Assembly (NCBI GenBank): GCA_001772615.1
Contig: MEUZ01000003.1
Coordinates: 12,450-76,449, forward strand
DNA: 64,000 bases
Reading direction: 5' to 3'
Origin: a candidate division WWE3 bacterium RIFCSPHIGHO2_01_FULL_40_23
GTDB taxonomy: Bacteria; Patescibacteriota; WWE3; UBA101185; 2-01-FULL-41-18
Positions 19,231 to 28,083 of the stretch are shown in pieces. The first letter of the stretch is position 1. Each line of letters starts with the position of its first letter. Both the position numbers and the translations under genes were made by a program. The notes under the pieces are model-generated. The model did not search any database. It was given only the letters and a program-made list of their open reading frames with translations, and was not told the DNA's origin.

Positions 19231-20167
19231 AACTATAGATGATTTTATTGCTTATTTATCCTCCCCTTTAGAAGCACCAGAAATAAACCAAGATTTATAT
19301 TACAAACCCTACCACTCAAAAACTGATGATTTAATAAAAGAAATTCTCGCCAAGCGTAGCGATGGAAATCGCACGCTTTCCCCCTTCTCTCTACTTGATA
19401 GTAGCGTCATAATTCCACCAGTAATTGATAGCTTTAAAACTGCATATTACTTAACTGCAACTACCTATGGGGATTATGTTGACCTGTATATTCATGAAAA
19501 ACCCATTATCAAAGCAAAAAATCTTCAATCAAGAAGAAATCATGGGTTTAAACAAAAAGAGAAAGTTGATAGAAGTAGCGATTACAGAAGAAGAAACTCA
19601 ATAAGGGCGTTAAACAACATTCGCCAACTTACCCTTGCTAACTTTAACAATGACTATGTAAAACTTCTAACCCTTACTTTTGGTGATTGTGACTTTGATA
19701 TTACTAATCCCAGAATTTGCAACAAATTGTTAAGCAAGTTTCTTCAAAAATTACGCAAACGCTATCCTAAATTTAAATATCTAGGTGTTATTGAGTTTCA
19801 AAAGCGAGGTGCTGTGCATTATCATGTTTTATGTGATTTACCCTTTATTGATAAAGAAGATTTAGCAAACTTGTGGGGATATGGATTTATAGATATCAGA
19901 AAACCTGATTTTATTGTTGGAAGTTACCTTTTCAAATATCTTTCAAAAACCCTGTATGACCAGAAATTAAAGGGTATTAGGGTGTATTTCCACTCTAAAA
20001 ACCTTACCAAACCAGTTTTAAATACAGGCGTTACAGCTTTTACTATTGCTGAAAAACTACAGACTTCTGAGATACACTTTGCTAATGAGTACACTAACAA
20101 ATATAATGGGGATGTTATTAAGTATCGCCAGTTTAAAATTCTTCCTGCACCACCAACAAATGTATGA
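19217..20167 (+). CDS. rep: Rolling-circle replication initiator protein (HUH endonuclease superfamily, two-tyrosine type)
   Basis: Motif I KLLTLTFGD (uuTuT). Motif II AVHYHVLCDL (HUH). Motif III GSYLFKYLSK (Y-x3-Y-x2-K, two catalytic Tyr as in phiX174 gpA-type Reps). Confidence 0.8.
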   Translation: MKSPETIDDFIAYLSSPLEAPEINQDLYYKPYHSKTDDLIKEILAKRSDGNRTLSPFSLLDSSVIIPPVIDSFKTAYYLTATTYGDYVDLYIHEKPIIKAKNLQSRRNHGFKQKEKVDRSSDYRRRNSIRALNNIRQLTLANFNNDYVKLLTLTFGDCDFDITNPRICNKLLSKFLQKLRKRYPKFKYLGVIEFQKRGAVHYHVLCDLPFIDKEDLANLWGYGFIDIRKPDFIVGSYLFKYLSKTLYDQKLKGIRVYFHSKNLTKPVLNTGVTAFTIAEKLQTSEIHFANEYTNKYNGDVIKYRQFKILPAPPTNV

Positions 20168-21678
20168 CTAATAATTGTTTTATTTACTGTAGAAAATCTA
20201 CTGATAGAAATGATAAACAAGAGAAATCCTTGGAAACACAGGAAAGAATTTGTTTAGAAACTGCAAGGCGTAACAATCTTAATGTTTTAGAGGTAATTTT
20301 AGAATCTAAATCAGCTAAAGACGCTGGTAATAGACCTAAATTTGATGAGTTAATCGCACATATTAAAAGTAAAGATGCAGGTGTTATTGTTACTTGGGAT
20401 ATTGATAGATTAGCAAGAAATTTAACTGAAGCAGGACTACTTCAATCTTTATATGAAACTGGCTTTATTCAAAAAATAATCACTGAAAATGATATTTACC
20501 AATCTGATAGGGATTTTATGAATATTGGTCATGAGTTTGTTGATGCTTCTAACTACTCCAGAAGATTAAGGTCAAAAGTTAAAGATGGAATTGAAACAAA
20601 ACTTAGAAATGGCGAAATTCCAGGGTCTGTAAAAATAGGTTATTACATAGTTGATAAGAAAATGAAACCAGACCCAGATAGGTCACCTTTTGTAAAACTA
20701 GCATTTGAAATGTATGTACAAGGTAATTCTCTACGCATTATTACTCAAAAACTTTATGAAATGGGTTTTAGAAGCAAAAAAGGTAACAAAATGTATCTAT
20801 CCAGTATTGCTGAAATGCTAAAAAGAATTGATTACACTGGTACTTTTGAATACAACAAGCAACTTTATCAAGGAAACTATGACCCACTTATTTCAATGGT
20901 TTTATTTGATAAGGTACAAAAATTACTTGTTAAAAACAATCTTCCAAAATCTCAAAAACATTATTTTCTTTACAGGGGGGTTATAAGATGTGCTGACTGT
21001 GGTTGTATGCACACTGCAACTATGAAACAAGGAAAATATGTTTATTACTACTGCACCAACTCAAAGCGTATCTGCAAACAACATGAAAAGTATATTGAGG
21101 AAGAAGAAATGCACAAACTCTACAGCACTAAACTATCTGAATTACCTATAGATGTTGAAATTTTAAATCAATCCTATGACCTGTACGCTAAAAATTACCT
21201 AATGCAGTACAAAGATGTGGAAAATCAGAAAAACCTTGTTAAAAAGCAACTAGGGAATGTAGAAACAAGGATTAAGCGCTTGGTTGATATCTACATAAAT
21301 GGCGAAATCCAACAGGAAGTATATTCTCAAAAATACAAAGAGTTAGTTTTAGAAAAAGAAACACTCCAAAATACCTTAAATAAACTAGAAACCCAAAAAC
21401 CTGAAGAAACCTTGGAAACAATTAGAAAATTCAAAGATTATTGTTGTGACCTGCAAAAAACCTATTCACTTGGTAATAATGAGGTAAAAGATGAAATACT
21501 AAATGCAGTGTGTTGGAATTTTTCTATCCTCAATGGTGAAATAGCGTCAATACAATACAAAAAGCCCTTTGATATGATAGCAAAACTACCCAAAAACGCT
21601 GATTTTAGAAATTGGTGGGTCAAGCAGGATTCGAACCTGCGACCTCCTCGATGTGAACGAGGCGCTCTAACCAGCTGA
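20164..21678 (+). CDS. Large serine recombinase (resolvase/integrase family) with recombinase domain, Zn-ribbon and coiled-coil
   Basis: N-terminal catalytic domain FIYCRKSTDRNDKQEKSLETQ (Y-x-R-x-S-T...SL..Q). Zn-ribbon CADCGCMHTATMKQGKYVYYYCTN. Long coiled-coil C-terminal region. The start overlaps the rep stop (ATGA). The last 22 codons are antisense to tRNA-Val. Confidence 0.85.
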   Translation: MTNNCFIYCRKSTDRNDKQEKSLETQERICLETARRNNLNVLEVILESKSAKDAGNRPKFDELIAHIKSKDAGVIVTWDIDRLARNLTEAGLLQSLYETGFIQKIITENDIYQSDRDFMNIGHEFVDASNYSRRLRSKVKDGIETKLRNGEIPGSVKIGYYIVDKKMKPDPDRSPFVKLAFEMYVQGNSLRIITQKLYEMGFRSKKGNKMYLSSIAEMLKRIDYTGTFEYNKQLYQGNYDPLISMVLFDKVQKLLVKNNLPKSQKHYFLYRGVIRCADCGCMHTATMKQGKYVYYYCTNSKRICKQHEKYIEEEEMHKLYSTKLSELPIDVEILNQSYDLYAKNYLMQYKDVENQKNLVKKQLGNVETRIKRLVDIYINGEIQQEVYSQKYKELVLEKETLQNTLNKLETQKPEETLETIRKFKDYCCDLQKTYSLGNNEVKDEILNAVCWNFSILNGEIASIQYKKPFDMIAKLPKNADFRNWWVKQDSNLRPPRCERGALTS

Positions 21679-21689
21679 GCTATAGACCC
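21613..21689 (-). tRNA. tRNA-Val (anticodon CAC). The acceptor stem has one U.U mismatch (6:67).
   Basis: Cloverleaf from the reverse complement: acceptor GGGTCTA/TTGACCC, D-stem GCTC/GAGC, anticodon stem CCTCG/CGAGG with loop TTCACAT, T-stem GCAGG/CCTGC with loop TTCGAAT, CCA encoded. Confidence 0.75.
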
Positions 21690-21701
21690 ATTACATCTCT
21701 T

Positions 21702-21710
21702 ATTGTAACA
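21702..21710 (-). promoter_or_regulatory. Extended -10 (TGtTACAAT in sense) about 12 nt upstream of the tRNA-Val 5' end
   Basis: Plus-strand ATTGTAACA at 21702-21710. It belongs to the same TGnTACAATAA family seen at uvrB and uvrC. Confidence 0.35.
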
Positions 21711-21718
21711 TTTAAACC

Positions 21719-22273
21719 ATGTTTAAATCACTGAAAAAGCTTCTAAAAGAATCGTTTTTAACGGCTCTTGTAGCAGTTTTATTAGTCTTTATTGTTAATC
21801 AACTCCTCATTGAACCAGAACAAATATTTGGAGTATCAATGGAACCTGCACTCAAAAACGCCGAAAGAGTGCTTGCGGATAAAATCTTCTATAAAAGAGG
21901 TTCACTAAAAAGAGGGGACATAGTTGTTTTTAAATCCGTTGAAGATAATAAAAGCGTTTTTGTAAAGCGTGTCATTGGTTTACCCGGTGAATCTCTTATG
22001 ATAAAAGAAGACAAGATTAACATATTTAACGACGTCAATCCACAGGGTTTTATCCTGGAAGAGAAATACCTCAAAGATTCTATCAAAACTTACTCTGGGA
22101 GTTTTCTTGAAGAAAGAAAAATTCTTAAAATTCCTGCGGAGGCTTACATTGTTTTAGGGGATAACAGATTTAAAAGCATAGATTCACGAGAATGGGGATT
22201 TCTACCTGAAGAGAAGATAATCGGAAAGATAATTTTTAGGCATTGGCCGCCAAACAGGTTCGGGTTTATATAA
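21719..22273 (+). CDS. lepB: Signal peptidase I
   Basis: N-terminal TM. Carries SMEP (Ser box), [24 protein letters not shown] (box E). Confidence 0.85.
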   Translation: MFKSLKKLLKESFLTALVAVLLVFIVNQLLIEPEQIFGVSMEPALKNAERVLADKIFYKRGSLKRGDIVVFKSVEDNKSVFVKRVIGLPGESLMIKEDKINIFNDVNPQGFILEEKYLKDSIKTYSGSFLEERKILKIPAEAYIVLGDNRFKSIDSREWGFLPEEKIIGKIIFRHWPPNRFGFI

Positions 22274-22517
22274 CACTTATTTTCTTTTTTGACTTTGTGA
22301 CTTGAGAAAAGGCCACTTTTCCATCTCGTTTTGCAAATATAGTAAAGTCTTTCCCCTGGCCAACACCCTCCCCTGCTCTATAAAGACTTCCTCTTTGCCT
22401 AACAATAATTTGGCCTGATTTCACATTTTCTCCCCCAAATATCTTTACACCCAGTCTTTTACCAGCTACGTTACCTTTTTGTTTAGCTTTTGAACTTCCG
22501 GCCTTTTTATGTGCCAT
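22266..22517 (-). CDS. rpmA: 50S ribosomal protein L27
   Basis: [16 protein letters not shown]...GKRLGVK is the canonical L27 N-terminus. Confidence 0.9.
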   Translation of the reverse strand: MAHKKAGSSKAKQKGNVAGKRLGVKIFGGENVKSGQIIVRQRGSLYRAGEGVGQGKDFTIFAKRDGKVAFSQVTKSKKKISVI

Positions 22518-22519
22518 AT

Positions 22520-22909
22520 TTATCTGCCTTTAACTTTGCCTTTTGATACCTTCTTGGGCGTCTTAACCTCTTTAATACCCACTCCAACTGGTTTATGCTT
22601 AACTTCTTCATTAACCTTTCCTATTGAAGCCACTTGCAAAACGGTGAGTTGGGATCTGTATCCCCTTACTTTGTGATACCTTGATTTTGCCTTAAATCTT
22701 CTGATCGTTATTTTTTTACCCTTTTCTTCACCTTCAACTTTAAGATCAACTTTTACATCATTTAAATAAGGGTTTCCGATTGTTATTTTGCTTCCATCTG
22801 AATACATTATCACTTTAGGATCTATTTTTGAGAGCTTATTAACTTTTAATATTTCGCCTTCCTTAACTTTATACTCTCCTCCGGAAAGCTTAATCACGGC
22901 GTATTTCAT
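22520..22909 (-). CDS. rplU: 50S ribosomal protein L21 (with Lys-rich C-terminal extension)
   Basis: [21 protein letters not shown] is the L21 N-terminus. It is immediately upstream of rpmA. Confidence 0.9.
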   Translation of the reverse strand: MKYAVIKLSGGEYKVKEGEILKVNKLSKIDPKVIMYSDGSKITIGNPYLNDVKVDLKVEGEEKGKKITIRRFKAKSRYHKVRGYRSQLTVLQVASIGKVNEEVKHKPVGVGIKEVKTPKKVSKGKVKGR

Positions 22910-22925
22910 AATTTTTAACCTAAGA

Positions 22926-22954
22926 AATATACATTAAACCAGAAGTTTTAGCAA
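22926..22954 (-). promoter_or_regulatory. Candidate promoter for rplU-rpmA (-35 TTGCTA, 17-nt spacer, -10 TATATT in sense)
   Basis: Plus-strand TAGCAA at 22949-22954 and AATATA at 22926-22931. The rplU ATG is at 22909. Confidence 0.3.
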
Positions 22955-22957
22955 TCT

Positions 22958-23824
22958 TTACTCCTTGCGAGCCGCTACCCAGATTGAGTCATAAAAATTA
23001 ACTCCAAAGAGCAGATTAATAACATAATGAAACATAAAATACAGGTCCTTAGCAAAGAGTTTTAGCCCTTTTGCTGCATAATAGGGATCAAGCGAGCTAT
23101 CTGTGACTTTAAAACCCTCCTTTTCAAGAACTTTAGTAAGCGTTTTTGTCGTGAAATGAGAAAGATGTATTTCTCTTATAGAACCGTCAAGAACGACTTT
23201 CGGAAACTGCATCTTACCCTCACCGTATTTCCTGATGCCAAACTTCCTCAAAAACCTCTTTACTAAAAACTTCAGGCTGTTTACATCGTTTGGAACTGCG
23301 ATAACTAAAACACCACCTTTTTTTAGAAGCATAAAACAGATTTTAATGACATCTCTTGGATAATGCACATGTTCAAGCACATGAAAAAGACTAATGGCAT
23401 CAAACTTTTCGGCTATTTCTTGAATTTCTTCCGCCCTTAGCCTAGTAAGTTTGATCTCGTATTTTTCTTTTGCTGTTTTAATAGCGCTTTCAGAAACCTC
23501 CGTTCCCAAAACTTTTAAAAAATTGCCTTTAGCAAGATTTAAGAACTCCCCTGTTCCAGCACCAATATCAAGAAGAGAACCACCTTTTGATATTGAAAGT
23601 ATTTTCTTCAAGCGCCTATTCCACATTCGCTTTCTCGCACTCTCTTCTAAAACCCACAAATCATATTGCGAGGGTTTTGAATAAAATTCCTCTATTTCCT
23701 TGGGGGAAGGTCTTGGATTATCAAAAATATAACCGCAGTCCAAGCATTTAAAAATTCCAGCGTAATCATCCACTTCCTGGATACCTTTTTCGCCGCACAA
23801 AGGACAAAAATCAAGTTTTTCCAT
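22958..23824 (-). CDS. Class I SAM-dependent methyltransferase with N-terminal Zn-ribbon
   Basis: CPLCG...CLDCG zinc ribbon, then motif I LLDIGAGTGEF and the D/E of motif II (Methyltransf_11/12-like). Confidence 0.7.
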   Translation of the reverse strand: MEKLDFCPLCGEKGIQEVDDYAGIFKCLDCGYIFDNPRPSPKEIEEFYSKPSQYDLWVLEESARKRMWNRRLKKILSISKGGSLLDIGAGTGEFLNLAKGNFLKVLGTEVSESAIKTAKEKYEIKLTRLRAEEIQEIAEKFDAISLFHVLEHVHYPRDVIKICFMLLKKGGVLVIAVPNDVNSLKFLVKRFLRKFGIRKYGEGKMQFPKVVLDGSIREIHLSHFTTKTLTKVLEKEGFKVTDSSLDPYYAAKGLKLFAKDLYFMFHYVINLLFGVNFYDSIWVAARKE

Positions 23825-23875
23825 AAACTAAGCTATAATAACATCTTTCAGTTTCTCTGCTATACTAAAAGTGCT

Positions 23876-25030
23876 ATGAAAATTGCTATAAATGGTCAGA
23901 TTCTCTTCATAGATGAATTAAAACCAACCGGACCTTACGCTTATACCGAAAATCTTATTAAGGCTTTATCTAGTATTGACCATTCCAATATTTATAATAT
24001 TTATATACCCGAAGAGAATTTAAATAATCATAGTAGCGTTGCTTTTAACGATCTGACAAACCAAAACCCAAACTTTAATTTAATAAAAATAAAAAAAGTA
24101 TTATCTTTCACCCACTTTTCTGTTCCGCTACAACTTTTTAAAGACCGCCCTAATATATTTTTCACAGCTATACACACAGTACCAATCGTCAAACCTAAAA
24201 AAACATTTCTAGTATCAATGGTGCACGGTTTAGAGTATGAATATTCCCCGCGATTTAAAAACACTCTTGGTAAACTAGCCGAAATACTCCCCTTATACCT
24301 CACTTCAAAACTATCAGATATAATTATTGTCCCCTCGAATTACACAAAAGATAAACTTATTGAAAAGAGGTGGGTAAATAAACAAAAGATGTCGGTTATA
24401 CCGGAAGGAATAAAAGACATATACGGTAAAAGCAGTCCGTCAGAAATTGAAGAGGTGAAGAAAAAATTTAATCTAGTAGAAAAACCGTATCTTATATTTA
24501 TCTCAACTATCCAGCCTAGAAAAAATATTCCTAAAATGGTGGAGGCCTTTTCACAAGCTTATAGAGATCTGGGTATAAAAAGTTTGTCACTTTTGATTGT
24601 AGGAAAAAAGGGGTGGGATTACAAAGAAGCGCTTGAAGCCCCAGCAAGATTTGGCATTGAAAATCAAGTCATCTTCAAACATGACGTTTCAGATAATGAT
24701 CTTGCCTCATTATTACCAGGCTCCACAGCTTTTATTAACATTTCGCTTGAGGAGGGCTTTGGGCTTACCGTTTTAGAAGCTTTACGCTGTAAAGTGCCCT
24801 GTATTCTTTCTGATATCCCTCCTTTTCAAGAACTCGCAGCCGGTGCAGCCTATTTTAATGCTCCTGATGATATAAAAGGAACAAAAGAAAACATTATAAA
24901 TGCCATTACAAACACTAAGTTAAATTTAACTCTCTTAAATAAAGGTTATGAAATTTCTAAAAAATACACCTGGGAGAACACAGCAAAAACAACCCTAAGA
25001 GTCTTTGAGAGCCTCGTTAAAAACATTTAA
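23876..25030 (+). CDS. Glycosyltransferase family 4
   Basis: The C-terminal segment EEGFGLTVLEALRCKVPCILSDIPPFQELAAGAA matches the GT4 E-x7-E region. Confidence 0.8.
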   Translation: MKIAINGQILFIDELKPTGPYAYTENLIKALSSIDHSNIYNIYIPEENLNNHSSVAFNDLTNQNPNFNLIKIKKVLSFTHFSVPLQLFKDRPNIFFTAIHTVPIVKPKKTFLVSMVHGLEYEYSPRFKNTLGKLAEILPLYLTSKLSDIIIVPSNYTKDKLIEKRWVNKQKMSVIPEGIKDIYGKSSPSEIEEVKKKFNLVEKPYLIFISTIQPRKNIPKMVEAFSQAYRDLGIKSLSLLIVGKKGWDYKEALEAPARFGIENQVIFKHDVSDNDLASLLPGSTAFINISLEEGFGLTVLEALRCKVPCILSDIPPFQELAAGAAYFNAPDDIKGTKENIINAITNTKLNLTLLNKGYEISKKYTWENTAKTTLRVFESLVKNI

Positions 25031-26140
25031 TGTCTGTGAGGCTGTATTTGTCCAGTTATACTTACCCATTAATCTCCTTCCTTTATCTATAAAACTTTGC
25101 TTCAGTTTAGTGTCTGAAAGTACCATATTTACTTTTTTAGCAATATCGTAGGGATTAAAAGGATCAAAATACAAAACAGAGTCACCATATACCTCCCGAT
25201 GGCAAGGAATATCCGATACAACACAGGGGGTATCATGAATCATTGATTCAAGAGGGGTTAAGCTAAACCCTTCTTTCAATGAAGGAAAGACATAAACTTC
25301 CGCCTCTTTCCGAAGTGAGGTCGCCTCCTCATCCGTTACATACCCACCTCTCCCGGGAAAAACAACAAACTCACCCATGCTCCTCTTCTGTGCTAATTCA
25401 AAAAGGCGCTTGGCAAATAAATCATTCTTCCCCACCAGAACTAACTGCCCCTTATAACCAAAATCTTCCCTCAAAATCTCAAAAGCCTCAAAAAGTCTCT
25501 TTAGATTTTTATGTTCGTACATACTGCCAACGTATAAAATGAAAGGTTCCATTATCCCGTATTTTTTCAAAACACTCTTGGAATTAAGGCCTGAATCTTT
25601 AAGGTCGGGATCTACACCTTCATAAGCCACTACATATTTGTCCCCATTAATGAACGGGTAATTTTCAACAAGGTCTTTTTTTGTAGCCTGGGAAGGCACT
25701 AAAACCCTCGTTGACTTAACCAAAGCCAGAAAAACCACTAAAAAATAGACCCATTTTTTAAACCTGTAATAAAATCTCGGAAGGGTCGTTCCCTCCTCTG
25801 TACTGAAAGTGTGCATTATTATATCGGCTATTGCCGTTACAATCTTAAAAGGATAAAAAAGCGGGATATTAAAGTGAGGTACATACAAAAGGTCTAGCCT
25901 GAAACGCAGTAGCTTTAAAAGAAAGAGAGTTTGTTCCTCAAACGAATACCAACTATAATTCGCCAGTATCTTTTTGAATCTTTCGGACTTCGGCCTGTAT
26001 AAATCAAAGCCCTTTTTCTTAAGAAAAATTAAATATGTATTTTTACTATCCAGCTTTTCAAGGTGAGAAATAATGTTTTTTAAATACCTTCCCGGTCCCG
26101 CTTCATGGTAAAATCTTGCATCTATGCCAATAACACTCAT
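24995..26140 (-). CDS. Glycosyltransferase family 4
   Basis: PSLKEGFSLTPLESMIHDTPCVVSDIPCHREVYGD. It is convergent with, and 3'-overlapping, the previous GT4 gene. Confidence 0.8.
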   Translation of the reverse strand: MSVIGIDARFYHEAGPGRYLKNIISHLEKLDSKNTYLIFLKKKGFDLYRPKSERFKKILANYSWYSFEEQTLFLLKLLRFRLDLLYVPHFNIPLFYPFKIVTAIADIIMHTFSTEEGTTLPRFYYRFKKWVYFLVVFLALVKSTRVLVPSQATKKDLVENYPFINGDKYVVAYEGVDPDLKDSGLNSKSVLKKYGIMEPFILYVGSMYEHKNLKRLFEAFEILREDFGYKGQLVLVGKNDLFAKRLFELAQKRSMGEFVVFPGRGGYVTDEEATSLRKEAEVYVFPSLKEGFSLTPLESMIHDTPCVVSDIPCHREVYGDSVLYFDPFNPYDIAKKVNMVLSDTKLKQSFIDKGRRLMGKYNWTNTASQTLNVFNEALKDS

Positions 26141-27486
26141 TTCCTGCCTATTATAATAAGCACATCATAGGCAGTACTTTCTGGTAGAGGCTTTGAGAGC
26201 TTAAAACTATAGGACTTTTGCAGATCAGTTTTGAGGGTGTCGGCAAACTCCTTTTTACTCTCTTTAATTGACACTTCCGTTTCCGCATAATCAAACCGGG
26301 CCGCATTTCCTATCTCGGTTACATTATATCCTTGAAGAGTCAGAAAATCCTTCGCTTTACCTGCTGTACCTACGACACCTGCTCCATTTTCAACTCTTAT
26401 CTTCAGCTTGTCCTTTTCAAGCTTTACAGGCTCTATTTCCGAAGTAGATTCCTTCACCTCTTCCAGCGTTTGTGATGAACTTGTTGACTCTTTAACACCA
26501 AAAACATCCGGTTTCTTTTCAACCTTTCCACCTAACAGATTAAACTTTGCGTGAAAAACCGAGAGAACGATTAAAAGAAGTGATATGGCAACAAGAGCTG
26601 GCGCCGCATATTTAATAAGTGATACTGATCCAACCCTTTCCTTCGTTTCTCCCAAGGAGGCCAGATTATAAAATGATGCAGCCTGTTCCTCATACCCCTC
26701 TTTTACTAACGAATACATTATCAGAAGCCTTTCAAAACCTTCATACTCTTTCAGGCTCACATCAAATGGCAGATCAACTTTTTTTGCGCTGAATGACTGA
26801 TCCAGCTTAAAATCTTCACCAAAATAATACAAAGTCTTTATAGGTTTTTCTCTGTTAAAAGTTGAGAGATCATTAACAAGGGAGCTCATCTTTGAATTTA
26901 TTTCAGAGGATGTAATATATGTCCCTGAAAAATAAACTCCCCCATACTCTGACGCAACAAGCGTGGCTTCATCCACACCTTTGAATATAAAGAAAAACGG
27001 ATCCCTAACCCCCACAAACTTTGAAAAAACAAAGGAATTAGGGAAAATTCCTATACACTCTTTAGTCAAAAGCTTGCAAACCTGTAAAAAGCTTTCAATA
27101 TGGCTTTTTCTTGCCCCCAGGAATTGATACACAAAAGGGCTGACTTTTTGATAAACACAGTAGAGATCCTCAAGAGATCCCCCCACAAAGGCTGAAGCTT
27201 GTTTTCTCAAATTTGAAAGCGGATCCTCCTCATCATTTCCGACTACGAAAAACCGGTCATATATATCTTTTTCTTGAATAAGAAAAAGGATCTTATTTGG
27301 CCGATTCCTAAAAAGTTTTAATAAATCTTTTAGATTTTTAGCAAAATCCTCAACCGAGAGAATGACGCTGTCATTTGCTGTTGTCGGATCAAGACTTACA
27401 GATCTATAAGAAAGGTCTGACGTGGAAATAGCCCTAAGCTGGTTCTTATTCAACTCAACGAGAAAGACCGAAGGAGCCTTAGTCAT
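26137..27486 (-). CDS. Hypothetical bitopic membrane protein: about 290-aa cytoplasmic N-domain, one TM helix, C-terminal LytR_C-like domain (LytR/CpsA/Psr C-terminal)
   Basis: TM helix AAPALVAISLLLIVLSVF. The C-terminal KIRVENGAGVVGTAGKAKDFLTLQGYNV...YDVLIIIGRK resembles the LytR_C domain. The N-domain was not recognised. Confidence 0.45.
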   Translation of the reverse strand: MTKAPSVFLVELNKNQLRAISTSDLSYRSVSLDPTTANDSVILSVEDFAKNLKDLLKLFRNRPNKILFLIQEKDIYDRFFVVGNDEEDPLSNLRKQASAFVGGSLEDLYCVYQKVSPFVYQFLGARKSHIESFLQVCKLLTKECIGIFPNSFVFSKFVGVRDPFFFIFKGVDEATLVASEYGGVYFSGTYITSSEINSKMSSLVNDLSTFNREKPIKTLYYFGEDFKLDQSFSAKKVDLPFDVSLKEYEGFERLLIMYSLVKEGYEEQAASFYNLASLGETKERVGSVSLIKYAAPALVAISLLLIVLSVFHAKFNLLGGKVEKKPDVFGVKESTSSSQTLEEVKESTSEIEPVKLEKDKLKIRVENGAGVVGTAGKAKDFLTLQGYNVTEIGNAARFDYAETEVSIKESKKEFADTLKTDLQKSYSFKLSKPLPESTAYDVLIIIGRK

Positions 27487-27506
27487 AACCTAAATATGAT
27501 ATCAAA

Positions 27507-28067
27507 TCACACCTTGGAGAGAAAGAGCAGATACTCTTTATTACCACCTCTTTTTCCTTGTATGGGAGATATGGTATAAGAATTGAGTCTTATCCCCTCC
27601 ACATTCTTTATTTTTAAAATGGTCTTTTTAAGAACTTCCTCTTGATCTTCATCCCCTAAAACACCTTTCCTAATTAAATCCCAGTTAGCTTCATAATGCG
27701 GTTTAAGAAGAGATATAACACTTCCCCCGATCTTAAGATTTTTAATGGTATTTGGGAGTATCTTTTCCTGTTTAGTCCATGAAACATCTATCGAAATAAA
27801 GTCTACATGTTCCGGAAGAGTAACGTGCAAAGCGTTTGTCCTTTCCATAACCACAACCCTTTTATCATTTCTAAGTTTATAACTTAACTGCCCGTATGAA
27901 GTGTCAACTGAATAAACTATGCGAGCGCCTTCTCTTAAAAGACATTCCACGAAACCCCCCGTAGAACTTCCGAAATCCGCGCATATCAAATCTTTTACCG
28001 ATATATTAAAGAACTTAAGAGCGTATGACAGTTTCTCCCCAGCTCTTGAAACAAACCCCTCATTCAT
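27507..28067 (-). CDS. TlyA-family / FtsJ-like RNA 2'-O-methyltransferase (no S4 domain)
   Basis: VSRAGEKLSYAL...CADFGSSTGGFVECLL...VYSVD matches the TlyA core. Confidence 0.75.
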   Translation of the reverse strand: MNEGFVSRAGEKLSYALKFFNISVKDLICADFGSSTGGFVECLLREGARIVYSVDTSYGQLSYKLRNDKRVVVMERTNALHVTLPEHVDFISIDVSWTKQEKILPNTIKNLKIGGSVISLLKPHYEANWDLIRKGVLGDEDQEEVLKKTILKIKNVEGIRLNSYTISPIQGKRGGNKEYLLFLSKV

Positions 28068-28083
28068 GTAGAAATAATATCAG

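Larger units (their letters stand above)
18098..21700. mobile_element. Integrated small element (~3.6 kb) encoding two hypothetical proteins, a rolling-circle Rep and a large serine recombinase. It is bounded on the right by tRNA-Val and on the left by a nested-palindrome site.
   Basis: The gene block 18212-21678 is all plus-strand, opposite to the flanking host genes. Rep carries HUH motifs I, II and III. The large serine recombinase 3' end overlaps the tRNA-Val 3' half in antisense. The tRNA acceptor stem has a single U.U mismatch exactly in the part co-linear with the recombinase gene. Confidence 0.55.

Noticed and set aside
18103-21736. 8-9-bp inverted repeat CAGTGATT(A/T) at 18103-18111 and 21728-21736 as possible terminal inverted repeats of the element
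   Set aside because: It is too short to be significant over these search spans. The right copy lies inside the lepB start (ATGTTTAAATCACTG), so it is host coding sequence.
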